Source: Octopus sinensis (lineage: Eukaryota). Taken from it: a stretch of 64,000 nt of DNA. Under the pieces are notes generated by a model that worked only from the letters and a program-made list of their open reading frames with translations, ran no database searches and had not been told where the DNA came from. The stretch lies in the NCBI RefSeq assembly GCF_006345805.1, contig NC_043009.1, forward strand, positions 4,154,001 through 4,218,000, in the 5' to 3' direction. The position numbers were made by a program, and so were the translations under genes. Positions 12,171 through 25,826 of this stretch are shown here, piece after piece. Position 1 is the stretch's first letter. Every line of letters begins with the position of its first letter.

Positions 12171-12499
12171 TGTTGGCTTAGCTGTCAATAAATAAATATA
12201 TACATATGTTTTCATCGGTGGCTAGAAATCATCGTATCATAGAGCTAGTAGTACGCCGTTCACAGAAATTATACATAAAGTGAGTGGACAAACGCTCACC
12301 ACGTTTGGTAGGTGTTACATATATTATTTAGTAACAGTTTGGTTCGGCTCCATGCAACTTAATGTTATTCAGGGTAAACTTACTGAATCAGTTATAAACC
12401 CTGAAGAGCCGGCTTCGTTTTATGAGCCAATGAATTTTAAAGTTGCATGGTGCGAATTAAATGGTTATTAAATAATAGGTAGCTAGCTAGAAAGATAGA

Positions 12500-12518
12500 T
12501 AGATTAAGAGATAGAGAA

Positions 12519-12554
<36 letters not shown>

Positions 12555-12556
12555 AG

Positions 12557-12594
<38 letters not shown>

Positions 12595-12600
12595 AGACAG

Positions 12601-12650
<50 letters not shown>

Positions 12651-12750
12651 AGGCAGAGATAGATAGATAGATAGATAAAGGCAGAGATAGATAGATAGAT
12701 AGATAAAGACAGAAAGAGATAGATAGATAGATAGATTGATTAAGAGAGCG

Positions 12751-12786
<36 letters not shown>

Positions 12787-12843
12787 TGATTAAGAGAGCG
12801 AGATAGATAGATTGATTGATAGACAGCTAGACAGATTAATTGA

Positions 12844-12895
<52 letters not shown>

Positions 12896-12930
12896 TAGAT
12901 AGATTAAAAGAGAGAGGGATTAAAAGATAG
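12500..12930. repeat. (GATA)n array with interspersed higher-order units, plus (GA)n
   Basis: Directly visible. Confidence 0.95.
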
Positions 12931-13654
12931 ATATACACAGATACTTTGTTCCTTTGTTTCTGCTGAACACAGACACATACAATGGATAAAATGCTGTAGT
13001 AATCATTTCAATATGGCATAGAATTAAAATGTAAAACGGACAGTGGAGACAGAACAAATTAGATGAACGAGCTAAGATAGTAAGAAATGAAAGAAGAAAA
13101 AGCAAGAGATGCAGAAAAAATATAATGGCAAATTCTGAAAGAAAATAAAGACAGTTAGCAATTTATACCGATATAGTAACATGTTGTTTTTAATATAAAT
13201 TGAAATGTTTGTCTAATCTCAAGGGTGAAAGAAATATCAAAAGCGGTGATAATAAGTACAGCAGAATCTTATGCTATCATTTTTTTCTCTTTTGCGTATT
13301 TAATACGTTTCTGTGTGTGTATCTGGGTGTACATATGTATTAATATACTCACACATTTATCTATATGTATTACACGGTCGTACAATAATCAGATATGTAA
13401 GTTTAATTTGCGAGCGTATATTTTAGTAAATATACATCGTATTTTCGCTGTGTAAGTAAACACGTTCGTTTTCTTTTTTTCTATCTACAGCTTGCTAAAG
13501 AATTAGATATATCTAGTCCTCTCTGTCTTCAAGCAATGAGAAATTACTGACGAAACGGCAACAAGAACTGAAACCAATGTGGTCATGGATGGAAATCCAC
13601 TAATTTATCTACGCTATTTAGTTTTTATTGCTAGCCTAAAATATACGTACCTTT

Positions 13655-13985
13655 TACTTGTTTCAGTTATTTGACTATGGCCATGCTGGGGCACCGCCTT
13701 GAAGGGATTTAGTCGAATAAATCGCCCCTAGTACTTATTCTATTGGCTCCTTTTTGTCAAATCGCTAAGTTACTGAGAGGTAAACACACGGTCACGGTGA
13801 TCACGGTGATATATATATATATATACGACGGAATTCTTTCCGTTTCCGTCTACCAAATCCACTCACAAGGCTTTGATCGGCCTCAGGCTATAGTAGAAGA
13901 CACTTGCTAAAGGTGTCACACACTTGGATTGAACCTGCAACCATGTGGTTGAACAGATTTTTAGCACACAGCCATACCTGCGTCT
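13655..13985 (-). mobile_element. SINE family B
   Basis: Reverse complement of the family B head, body and tail. Confidence 0.85.
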
Positions 13986-13987
13986 AT

Positions 13988-14408
13988 TACTCTTTTACTC
14001 GTTTACTTATTTCAGTCAGTTGACTTTGGCCATGCCGGAGCACCACCTTTATTCGAGCAAATCGACCCCAGGACTTATTTTTTGTAAGCTTAGTACTTAT
14101 TATATCGGTGACTTTTGTCGAACCGCTAAGTTTCGGTGACGTAAACACACCAGCATCAGTTTTCTAGTGATGTTTTTTTTTTGGGGGGGGGGCGAACACA
14201 GACACACAAACATACACACACACACACACATATACATATATACAACGGGCTTCCTTCAGTTTCCTTCTATCAAATCCACTCACAAGGTTTTGGTCGGTCC
14301 GAGGCTATATTAGAAGACACCTGCCCAAGGTGCCACGCAGTGAAACTGAACCTGGAACCATGTGGTTGGTAAGCAAGCTACTTACCACACAGCCACTCCT
14401 ACGCCTAT
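13988..14408 (-). mobile_element. SINE family B, adjacent second copy
   Basis: Full head (cttaccacacagccactcct) to tail (tttactcgtttacttatttcagtc). Confidence 0.88.
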
Positions 14409-15249
14409 TGTTTGCTTTTATTGGGTCGAACAGTCCAGGTCGAGGAAACCAAAATGCCTGTCAAGCACGGTGGTTTTTATCAACTAACCTCTTTTAAATT
14501 TGCTGGCTTTGTGCCAAAGTTTGATACAAATATTAACCATTTTTAAAACCGGGGTTGCTGGCAAAATTGTCAACCTGCCGGTCCAAAAGATTTTTCGGCA
14601 TTCCTTCCGATACTTACTGTCTGAGTTCAAATCTCATCACGGTCAACTTTGCTGTAACCCTTTCGTATCTGTAAAATAAAGTACTACGCAAGTAGTGAAG
14701 TCGAAGTATTCGACTTATCCCCTCTACTTTAAAATGCCAGCCTTGTGCCAAAATTAGTAATAAGAATTATCATTAATGTAATAATTGCGGTTACTATAAT
14801 TTTTTTTTTTAATTATAGGTTATTAAAAACACATTACTTTCGCTAAAGTGAGAGAGAGAGAAAGAGTGGAGAGTTTGGTCCGAATGACTGAGCATAGACG
14901 CTGTAGGAATCTTGTATATAGAAAACAGCTATGAGAAATCACACTTGCTTTTCGTAGTAATGGTAATCCGAGATCTGAAGGATTCCTTGATTGGTTCCAG
15001 CTGGCTGACCCCTATTGAGACGTTTCCTTCCGCTTTCTTCTGCAATGCTTCCTCGTGCCCGATTCTATGAACACTCATCTCCCACTAAGTATTGTAACGT
15101 GTCCTGTCTTTCAAATTAAAAAGTAAGTAGTAGTAGTGGTGGTGGTGGTGGTAGTAGTAGTAGAAGTAGTAGTAGTAGTCACTAGTCGCGGCAGGAACAA
15201 TGATAACAATGGTAGTTTCTTCATAAGCTCAAGATGAGAAATCTTTCCT

Positions 15250-15463
15250 CTTTTATTGTACTTGTTTTAGTCATTACACTGCGGCCATGCTGGGGCACCA
15301 CCTTGGAGATTTTTTGCAGCCGAATGAATCGCCTCCTGTACTTACTGTTTTAAGCTTGGTAATTATTCGATCGGGCCATTTTGCCGAACCTCTATGTTAT
15401 TGCAGTGACTTAAGCGCACCAGCACCGGTTGTCAAACGGTGGTGAGACACACACACATACACA

Positions 15464-15494
<31 letters not shown>

Positions 15495-15677
15495 CGTGCG
15501 TGCGTGTGTGTAGCACGAGCTCCTTTCAGTTTCAGCCAACCAAATCTACTCATAAGGCTTCGGTTTCCCCGGAAGCTATAGTAGAAGATACTTGCCCAAG
15601 GTGTCAGGCAGTGAGACTGAACCCAGAACCATGTAGTTGAGAAGAAAGTTTCTTACACACGGCCACGCCTGCGCCTA
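15250..15677 (-). mobile_element. SINE family B
   Basis: Same diagnostic blocks as 13988-14408. Confidence 0.85.
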
Positions 15678-16340
15678 TTTAAGCGACTGGTGAATTATAT
15701 TCAGTGCAGCACTAGAATGGTATGCAATTCATCGACCATGGATGGATACAAAGCAGAACGGATATCGGTGAAATTCGAATTCACAATGCAAAAAGCCAAG
15801 CATCTCATCCGATGCCTTAACTAATCTGCTAATTCTTCGAGTTTACGCGTTTCTCCTTCTACACCAAATCAACGCAATTTTCTGACCAGATTCAGTCTAG
15901 CTTTTTTTCTTTCACTACGTCTGTCAATACACAAAAGTAATTGGATGTAACTCTCCTAGCAAAAACATCTATTGTTCAATTTTCTTGGATTGAGGATTTT
16001 ACAAGAATAAAGTAAATTTTACCGAGTTCGATTATATCGAATTGTACATAACCTCTACTGGCAGGTTTCCAAATTGAAAAAAGAAAATATATGTACACAA
16101 AATTTAGTTATCTTTTTTATGTATTTATTCATTATTTTTTTTTTTTTGCCATGATTTAAATTGAAACATTTAAAGAGAAAACTTGAACGAAAATGCAACA
16201 ACAAAACCAAAAAAAAAATACCTTGATCTACTTACAAAATAGTTTAAAGCTACCAGACATTCAGGTAGACAACGAGGTAGTCATACTGGTTAAGAGAAGT
16301 GTATATGGGTGCGAGTACATATATATATATATATAATATA

Positions 16341-16376
<36 letters not shown>

Positions 16377-16593
16377 TGTATGTATGTATGTATGTACACT
16401 CACACGTATGTGTAGACAGACTAACAAAGGAAGAGAAACCAGACAGACAACTCTAAAACCTATCATTAAATCTACAAAGACTTAACTGTAATTCTGTGTA
16501 AGGAGCGGATATTTAATCGCAGTACCGTAGTCATGAGCAGCAGATGCGTATGAACTGTATCATTTTTCCACCACAAACAATCCTGATCATTCA

Positions 16594-16629
<36 letters not shown>

Positions 16630-16631
<2 letters not shown>

Positions 16632-16850
16632 GGCGGTGAACTGGCAGAATCTTTAGCACACCGGGCAAAATGCCTGGTGAGTATTTCGTCCGTCTTTACT
16701 TTCTGAGTTCAAATTACGCTGAGGTCGACTTTACCTTTCATCCTTTCGGGGTCTATAAATTATGAACTAATTGCGTATTGGGGTCGATATAATCGAATGC
16801 TACCCCTCTCCCACAAAATTTCAGTCTCTGTGCCTACAGTAGAAAGGATT
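16630..16850 (+). mobile_element. SINE family A
   Basis: aaggcggtgaactggcagaatc...ctgagttcaaatt...gtgcctacagtagaaagg tail, between (ATT)n tracts. Confidence 0.85.
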
Positions 16851-17655
16851 ATTATTATTATTATTATTATTTCATAGATCAAGATATATACAGAGACAAA
16901 TGTGAACGTCTTCTATAAAGCCATATTCGTTAAATGGTTTATAAAACGCCGGAAATTAAGGAAAGAATTAAAAACTGTATATTCATGTTGTTGTTAAGCT
17001 GCTTGTCCCAAATCAGAACCCACTAAGAGAAATTCTGATGCCACATCGAGGAACTTCACTGAGTAGAGGATCACCCCTTTATTTCATTGTCACATTTATT
17101 CGTACGTATAGCTATGAGATATCAATATGGCGGATCCACATCCTTGGCCCACAGAAACAATTAGACTTAACACTGTAAGCTAACAAATTACTGGGTAATT
17201 AAGACTGTGTTTTATTGATTCTTCTTACAGATTCTAATTGTTATTAGCCTGCAGAATATTTTACTTCCTTACAGTAATTAAGACCAGATAGAATTATCAA
17301 GTTGCAAGACAGACAAAACTGTTTGCTCAATCTCATAAACAATTAAAATGTAGTCTCTCGTCAGAAAGGCTTTTCCTCGGGACTTCAATAATAACCATTC
17401 TGATGCCATACGATCATATACAAAATTGTCAACATTACTAAATGATGGTAGCTGACGCGGGTAACCAGGTTTCCATGGATTCTGTTCGAGCAAATGGTGG
17501 TGGTGGTGGTGGGCTCTCTTTTGTTGGTCTGTTTGTTAGAAATAGCAACTAATTGAATAATGACTTCCATTAAAAAAAATGGGAAGGATTTTGTTTGTAA
17601 ATCTGTTCTTTCATAGCCGACTTATAGCTCAACAATAACATTATTATTATTACCA

Positions 17656-17739
<84 letters not shown>

Positions 17740-17752
17740 TCATTATAGTGAA

Positions 17753-18083
17753 GGCGCATGGCTTAGTGGTTAGAGCGTAGAGCTTTCGATCGTAAGGTTG
17801 TGAGTTCGATTCCCGGTCCGGGCTGTGCGGTGTGTTCTTGAGCAAGACACTTTATCTCACGTTGCTCCAGTTACCTCATCTGTAGAAATGAGTTGCGACA
17901 TCAATGGTGCCAAGCTGAATCGGCCTTTGCCTTTCCCTTGGATAACATCAGTGGTTTGGAGAGGAGAGGCTGGTATGCATGGGCGACTGCTAGCCTTCCA
18001 CAAACAATCTTGCCATGACTTGTGCCTTGGAAGGCAACTTTCTAGGTGCAATCCCATGGTCATTCCTGACCGAAGGGGGTCTC
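17753..18083 (+). mobile_element. tRNA-derived SINE with CORE-like block
   Basis: A box TGGCTTAGTGG, B box GAGTTCGATTCC; ttacctcatctgtagaaatgag resembles the CORE-SINE motif TTTCCTCATCTGTAAAATGGG. Confidence 0.75.
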
Positions 18084-18099
18084 CTATTATTATTATTAT

Positions 18100-18300
18100 T
18101 AAGGTGATTAGCTGGGAAATTTATTAGCATGCCGGATAAAATGCTTGACAGAATTTCGTCCGTCTTTACATTCTGAGTTCAAATTCCGCAGAGGTCGACT
18201 TTGCCTTTCGTGTTTTGGGGGTTGATAAAATAAATACCAGTTAAGCACTTGGGTCGTTGTAATCGACTAGTCGCCTGCCCCTTGAGCCTGTAATAGAACA
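18100..18300 (+). mobile_element. SINE family A
   Basis: ttctgagttcaaattccgcagaggtcgactttgcc body. Confidence 0.8.
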
Positions 18301-19910
18301 GATTAATATCTATATATTGTGAAATAGCTGCTATAGCCCGGGTGCTGGTGACAAATTATCGCATCAACCTTTTGGCTCTATACATGTTTTAATGACGTTA
18401 CTTGTAATGTAGTTTTAATATTCTTGTGCATGTAATGTAATATAAATATTTCCAGAATACTCTAAGGAGCTTTTAAGGGAAACAGGTTAGCTACGCTCCC
18501 AAGATATTAAACGCAAATTGTTGATTGATAAATCAGAGCCCGCCCCCGTCATCGAATAGCAATGGAAAATTAGTCAAGCTTAGCTAATATTCCCCCGGTG
18601 ATCTGTTACCTATTTTCGATTTCTTGGTGTCTGAGTCACGTACGAAATTAAATGCATAGCATCTTAATAACACAATATTAACCTCATCGACATCGCCGGT
18701 CTCGGAGGGCTTCCCATGGACATGGGAACAACCGTTTCATACGAACCAAACCAATTTTTAAAATTAAGTTGTTGCTGTGGATTTGAACAGAAAAAGTATT
18801 AGAAGATGGTTCAGTTCCTTATCTACCAGGTATATTTTAGAGACCAAACGCAGTTAGTTCACAGATATTAGCATGCCATATGACACATAATAAAACACAT
18901 TTCTCTCTATTTTCTTTGGTCAAGTTTGATGCATCAACATGTCTAGTTATGAAGTCATCAGAACACAAGAACTGTATAAATACTGCTTTCCACAAGAGAT
19001 TTTCCCACTAAATAAAACCTTACTCAAATCACGTAAATTTCTTTCCCCTTTCCAAAAACCTTTTCTTTTTCTCTTCCATTCTCTATCAATCTATTTATCT
19101 ATTTATCTATTTTTCTCCTATTCTTGTGAATGGAACATATCCGAAACGTCGATCTTTTATTTCATCAAAACAGCGTAAAACTAAAAATCTCTGTATTACG
19201 TTCTTACCACATGCGCTGCATGTTGCTAGATCGAAACCGCAACCACATGCTTATGAACAAGCTTCTTAACAACAGAGCAGCACTTGCTTTCTGGCTACGT
19301 TCTGAATTTGAATCCCAACGTAGTTGACTTCAGCTTTCATGCTTCTAAAAGCAAATAAAAGTAAAAGCCAGTACAATAACCCCAAGCCTCACCTATAAAT
19401 TGTTGGCCTAGTGACGATGTCAAAAACTAAGCTACGTTTCACTAACGCTCTCTTTTATGCCATAACCTTCTCCCATCTACCTTCAAAGAAATAACATCTA
19501 TTATAAAACTTGATACAATGCATTAAATTCTGTGAGATTCGAAACATACTACATTAAATTCGATGCGGACGGGAACAAGTCGGTCTTTCAAAATTCTACC
19601 AACGGTGTTTGTTCGAAAACGACAACAAAGACCGATACTTAATGGTGGGAAGCAGAATCTAGCTGTCAGTCGCTGTCATGTTTATTTGAATCAAAGTCTA
19701 GTGTACATTTCATGTCCAAAACCCCTACTGTCATTCATCTATGACTAGTTCAAATCGTAATTTTCATCCGTGAATCAATAGATGCCATTTAAGTAGGTGA
19801 TATGTTCTTAGAATGTACTGGTCATGCTGTCGAATCAGTTTTCTTGTTGGCTCTTTGTGTAAACGTCCAAGTTTTTCTCGTTTGCTGCCTGGCTCTCTTT
19901 GCCCGTCCCT

Positions 19911-19963
<53 letters not shown>

Positions 19964-20942
19964 ATTAGAGTGTATTTGTCCGCTTGCATTTGTTTCAATA
20001 CCTTACTGCATTTGCGTGTATATGCCAGTCAATTTAACTAAAGTATGTTCGCCTGTGTGTATATAATGCATGTAAATAATGTGTGTAATATGTATGCACG
20101 TGTATATGTGTGTAATATGTATGCTCAAGGATATACAAATATGTGTGTGTATACGTTTGTATATAATGCGTGTAATATGTATGCACGTGTGTATGTGTGT
20201 AAATATGTATGCTCAAGGATATACAAATATGTGTGTGTATACGTTTGTATGTATTTGTAGGGACATGTGTATATATGTGTGCATGTGTATGTACGTATGT
20301 ACTTGTGTGTGTGCATTAATTGATGTGTATATGTGTCTATATATTTAGCTCGCTATCTCTTTATCTCTGTCTTCAGTTTCCCTTTTACAATACATTTTAA
20401 CTATTTAAGCAAGTATCCTTCTCTTCATCTGTCTCCATATGTATACATGTACCAATATGTCTGCCTTATTTGCTTCCTTAAGCAAGTTATCCAACTATGC
20501 GAAACAACACAATGTTTATATTTCTCATCAAAAGACAAGAGGCTACCAAAATGTCTTTGAGTAGCTTTTGTATTTGCGCCTGTACGATGTATGTCGAGTT
20601 CGTTCTCTGTTGTATGGTGAGTCTATATGTGCGATTAATTTTCTGTGTTTGTATGTGAAGTATATATGCGTGCATGGTATGTATGCAATGTATGTTGTAC
20701 AGTTACGTGTGTATGTGTTGTGTTTATGTCATACTTGTATATGTGAAGTGCATTATACTGTTGTGAGAGTATGTACTTGTGAGTTTAATGGACGTTGTGT
20801 GTATGTATATATCTGAGAGATACCATGACCATGAATATGTGAATTATGGCGTGTATGTACAACATATATAAGCGATGTGTGTCAAGTTTTCTCCTCTATA
20901 TCTACCTACACACATTTATCTATCTATCTATCTATCTATCTA

Positions 20943-20997
<55 letters not shown>

Positions 20998-21102
20998 CTA
21001 TATATATATATGCACACACATGTATTCATATATCCTTCTTCTCCATGCAAGCAAACACACACACTCAGGCATTTTTCTTGCTTTCTTTCCTCTCACCTCT
21101 CT

Positions 21103-21180
<78 letters not shown>

Positions 21181-21500
21181 GCTCTTTTTCTCTATCTCTG
21201 TTAAAAGTATTTACATCAAATTATATTTGTTCCTTTCGTACAGGCTTTATCGTTTTCTTCTTTCATTGTTTTTATTTGTTTGTTCCTTTCTTTGCCTGTA
21301 AGATTATGTTTCAGGATCTCTTATGACACATAACCAACTTTCTCCATCAACTAAGCTACTCTGTAATGCACAGCAGACGCACCTTTTTTCGTCCCTTTCG
21401 GCACTTGCCACCAAACGACCCACCAAACTACATCTCGACTATACCCTTACTCATATTCATGTCACCACTAATCTCCCTAGAGAGGTTACACCGTCTAGTC

Positions 21501-21750
21501 CAGTGGTTCACAACTGGCGTCTGTATGACCCCCCCCCCCGGAGTCCATAGCGAAGTTGTAAATTGGCTACGTTTCTCTCTCTCTAACATCTTACGTTGCT
21601 CAAACTAGACAAGTTAATGCGTGAAAAACAAAATATGAAGTTTGAAATATCTATAAAGTAAATTTTTAAACAACGAGTGGGAATTTGGCACCGGGGTAAA
21701 ATAGTTATCAAAGGGCTCCATAGATAAATAAAAAATGTTGAGAACAGCAG
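21501..21750. mobile_element. hAT (Charlie-like) MITE
   Basis: Ends CAGTGGTTCACAAC / GTTGAGAACAGCAG; 8-bp TSD gtctagtc (21493-21500) / atctagtc (21751-21758), containing the Charlie-type TCTAG target. Confidence 0.75.
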
Positions 21751-22036
21751 ATCTAGTCCTTCGAGCTGTTGAACAAGACAACCAAGTCTCATTTAAATCA
21801 TACCATGAACCGTTAAATAAACAATTGAAGCAAAATACAATATATTATTTTTTAGAAAGGACAGAATGGGGAAGGTCAAATCTTTGATACTGAATTTATT
21901 TGATCGGGAATAATCTGGGGTTAAATAAAAGCAACCTCTACCCGATTCTAAACCTTAAGCAAATTAATGAAAAATCAAGAAATTAGCCTATCAACCATCG
22001 AAACAAACAACCGGGCGACTTTTCACCTTAGATTTC

Positions 22037-22362
22037 TGATAATATTATCTTTGTTTAAGGCGGCGAAGTGGCAGAATCGTTAGCATGCCGGACAAAATAC
22101 TTAGGAGCATTTCGTCTATCTTCATGTTCTGAGTTCAAATTCCGCCAAGGTCGACTGCGCCTTTCATCCTTTTGGGATTGATAAAATAAGTACCAGTTGA
22201 GCACTAGGGTTAAAGTAATCGACTTCTCCCTTACTTGAACTCACTGGACCTGAGCCAGAAATTCGAAAACAGTATTGTCATCAGCGATTAAGGCGATGAG
22301 CTGGCAGAATCGTTAGCACGCCGGGCGAAATGCTTAGCGGCATTTCGTCCGTTTTCACGTTG
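22037..22362 (+). mobile_element. Two tandem family A SINEs, second truncated at ~22362
   Basis: Heads at 22037 and 22291. Confidence 0.85.
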
Positions 22363-23175
22363 GGGCCCCGACTTGCGGATGCAGGTATGCCTGTAGACCG
22401 CAAGAGAATTAATCAGGGACGTGACGTAAGAGGTTTCATCGCCTCAATTTGTGTCTAATTGTGTTTTGAATTGTAATGGACTTGTTAGTTTAAACAAATT
22501 GTAAAATATTGTAAATTGGAAGAGGGTTATTACCTCAAGATGTTTCTTATTAAAAGAACAATGTTATAGAGAAGCAGAGGGTCTTCTCCCATCCTTATCA
22601 TCTTGTATTATTATCATTCGCTTCATCAATGTTTTGTCCAACCCGCAAAGCTACTCATCTTTGTACTGTCTCTAGAGCAAATGAAATGAATAAAAGTAGC
22701 AGTTGAGTACAGAGGTTGACTAGTACCCCTCCTCCGAAACTGATGTCCATTATTAATCCTCGTCCTCACAGCCCACGTCAATATTTCTATCACAGTCATA
22801 CATCGTCACTATTGTCAACTTCATAATCAACTTCATCACCATTCACATCATTATTTCTGTCACAATCGTCATTTTTGCTACAACACCCTTATTATCATCC
22901 TCTTCATATTCATCATCATCATCATCATCATTTTCACAATCACTATTCTCATCATTGATTTCATCACACACGTCATCACAAACTATGACAATCATTGACG
23001 TCATCAACGTTATTGTTCTTATCCTTACCAATAACATTAATCACTGTGATCACCTTCGTCGTCGTTGTCGTCATCAATATCATCATTGTCACCGTTATAG
23101 GCTTTATCGACACCGAGAGTTATTGTTTTGGAACATGCATAACAAAAAAAATCTACTACTAGTACTACCACCACC

Positions 23176-23239
<64 letters not shown>

Positions 23240-24103
23240 ATTTTCTTCCTCTTCCATCTTCTTTCTCATTTTCCTCTATCTCAGCAGAACATAATATATT
23301 TCCGTCGCAACTTTTGCAAAGTTTTCTCTCCAGATCATGTGGCGGCCCCGCAAAACTTAATGGTAGCGGTAGAGTGAGGATGGTTGTCATTTTGCTGTTG
23401 TTGTTATAAGTGGTGGTGGTGGTGGTGGTGGTGGTGGGGTGGAGTGATGCTACTGTTGGCGGGTGATGGTTTTAAGGAGGTTTGCATTAAAGACAAAGTT
23501 TTTTCAGTGTGCATTGCGGTTTATGACTGGAAAATGTCCGCCATCTTCTGTCGCCCTCGTTGTGATAACAATGACAATACGAAGTACATCTTAGTTTTCT
23601 CTAGATACGTATGTAGGTTGATAACCATAACAGTGTGATAATGTACAAGGCTGCGGTTCTTCTTGTATGCATATGTATGTGCACACACATATAAATGTGT
23701 GTGTGTGTGTGTGTGTGTATGCGGTGTGTGAGTGTATGTATGAGTTTAAGAATGGACATGTACGCGTGAATTCGTATGTAAGTAAATACATGGTCATATG
23801 AACGAGTGAAGGAGAGAGAGAGGAGAGTGCGAGTAAGTCCTGTCGTTGTGGTGGCTGTTTTGAGAGATGTGGCTATGGTCGTGATTGATGTCTGTATTGT
23901 TGTTGTTGTCGTTCTCCTACTTCTTGCCAGCTGCTTGGTCATCAATGTCAAAAATTGTAAGGGGCGGCCAAAGAAACTTGTCACAAAAGCAAATTCACCC
24001 ACCCCTTCATTACCTCCTTACGTACCTTTTCCACTGTTAACGATTACACACAAACACACACACACACACACACCTACTTACGCCATCCATTACACACACA
24101 CAC

Positions 24104-24202
<99 letters not shown>

Positions 24203-24229
24203 ATATATATATATATATGTTATATATAT

Positions 24230-24300
<71 letters not shown>

Positions 24301-24982
24301 TCCATTAAGCATCTGCTCACCGGCAAATATATTGCCCTCACTGCTTTTCTTATTGAGACAATTATCCATATAGGCGCGCATATGAACTGAGAAATAATGT
24401 GTGTGTGTACTGTCTAAAATTACATTGGGATTTCATGTTGTGCAGAAACATACACGCCCACAAACACAGACATATATACTCTTTATGTGCACTTAGGATA
24501 CTATCGAAGCCTATTCGTTGTTTAACTTCCATAAAAACTGTTTAGAGATTACAGAAACACATGTAACTCGTAACAGAGTAAGTTAACAGGAGGTCGAAAT
24601 CAAATCCATCGCATAAACTTTATACACAACTCGAGGACAGCTGAAGTAATCATTGCATGAAATGATGTAACTAGCACTTGGTAAGATCATTGTGTGGCCT
24701 CTACGTCGAATATCCTACTGTTTCTTAAAAACAGTAGAGCAATGGAAACCATAGCAACTCCATTTGTGGTTGTCGCACATTGTCGCACACGCATGTTTAT
24801 CACACACACAGACACACACAGATACACACACACATACACACACAACTTTTATATGCACTCTAACAAACCACACCTTAGCATATCTGTATAATTATCTCAA
24901 AAGCATGTAAACTGAAACGTATATTAAAATTGAGGGAAGGCCGGTTTATGGGATTACCTTAGGTTTCTCGTCCATAAAGGAC

Positions 24983-25061
24983 TTAGCTTTATAGTGTATC
25001 GCCAGATCCCAGACTTGTTGGCCAACAGGTTTTGGGACCTGACAATGCACCATAAAGCTAA
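24983..25061. other. 79-nt imperfect palindrome / long hairpin
   Basis: ttagctttatagtg...tgttggccaaca...caccataaagctaa pairs end to end with 4 mismatches, 3 G-U pairs and 1 bulge. Confidence 0.8.
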
Positions 25062-25063
25062 AC

Positions 25064-25677
25064 CAGTAACACTGGTGCACCATGAACGGCAGAGCAGCCA
25101 TCGCTGGGGCTTAAATCAATCTGCTTTGCTATTATGAAGAACATCGCAAAACTATATCATGCATCTATGTACACATCTCACACTTACACATACACACATA
25201 TGCATATAAATGTGCATACGGCAAGACAACTCGTCCGATGCACTAACAATCTTGCTTATCCACCAACCTGGATTACTGTTGCATTTTATAGTGAAAGGCA
25301 TGTTTGGTAGACTGGCGGATTCGAGTGGAAACGAAGCACAGTTGCATGTTATGATCGACTCCTACATGAAACTATTGCAAGTGTGATCACCTCGTACATT
25401 TTCATGACTAACCCATACACACACACACACACACATGCACACACACACACACACGCACACATATATTTCTATACGGTATACTCACAGATATGCATGCATA
25501 TATTATTTCAGTATATAAGTATGGTTTTCTGTGTGTGTTTGTGTGTGTAAAACTGTATCTATCAATCTGTCTATCTGTTTATATATACACATTTGTGTAT
25601 GCCTGTAAGTGTGTATATACATATATGTATGTCTGTAAGTGTATATATGCATGTGTATATGCCTGTATGTATATACA

Positions 25678-25721
<44 letters not shown>

Positions 25722-25751
25722 CATTTACATATGAGTGTGCGTAAGTATCTT

Positions 25752-25782
<31 letters not shown>

Positions 25783-25785
25783 ATA

Positions 25786-25826
<41 letters not shown>

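Noticed and set aside
13463-13600. Strong-looking acceptor (ttttctttttttctatctacag) and a CUGACGA...GAAACCAAUGUGGUC hammerhead-like string
   Set aside because: All three frames hit stops soon after the AG with no good donor; stems I and II of the putative ribozyme do not pair.
17278-17493. 71-aa ORF in non-repetitive sequence
   Set aside because: No recognisable homology, non-ATG start and no convincing splice sites.
17753-17825. tRNA-like sequence with good A and B boxes
   Set aside because: No acceptor-stem closure; it continues into a SINE body, so it is a SINE head, not a tRNA gene.
19120-19155. GGA-acata-UCC-GAAACGUC half-hammerhead
   Set aside because: No CUGANGA-like core and no convincing stem I.
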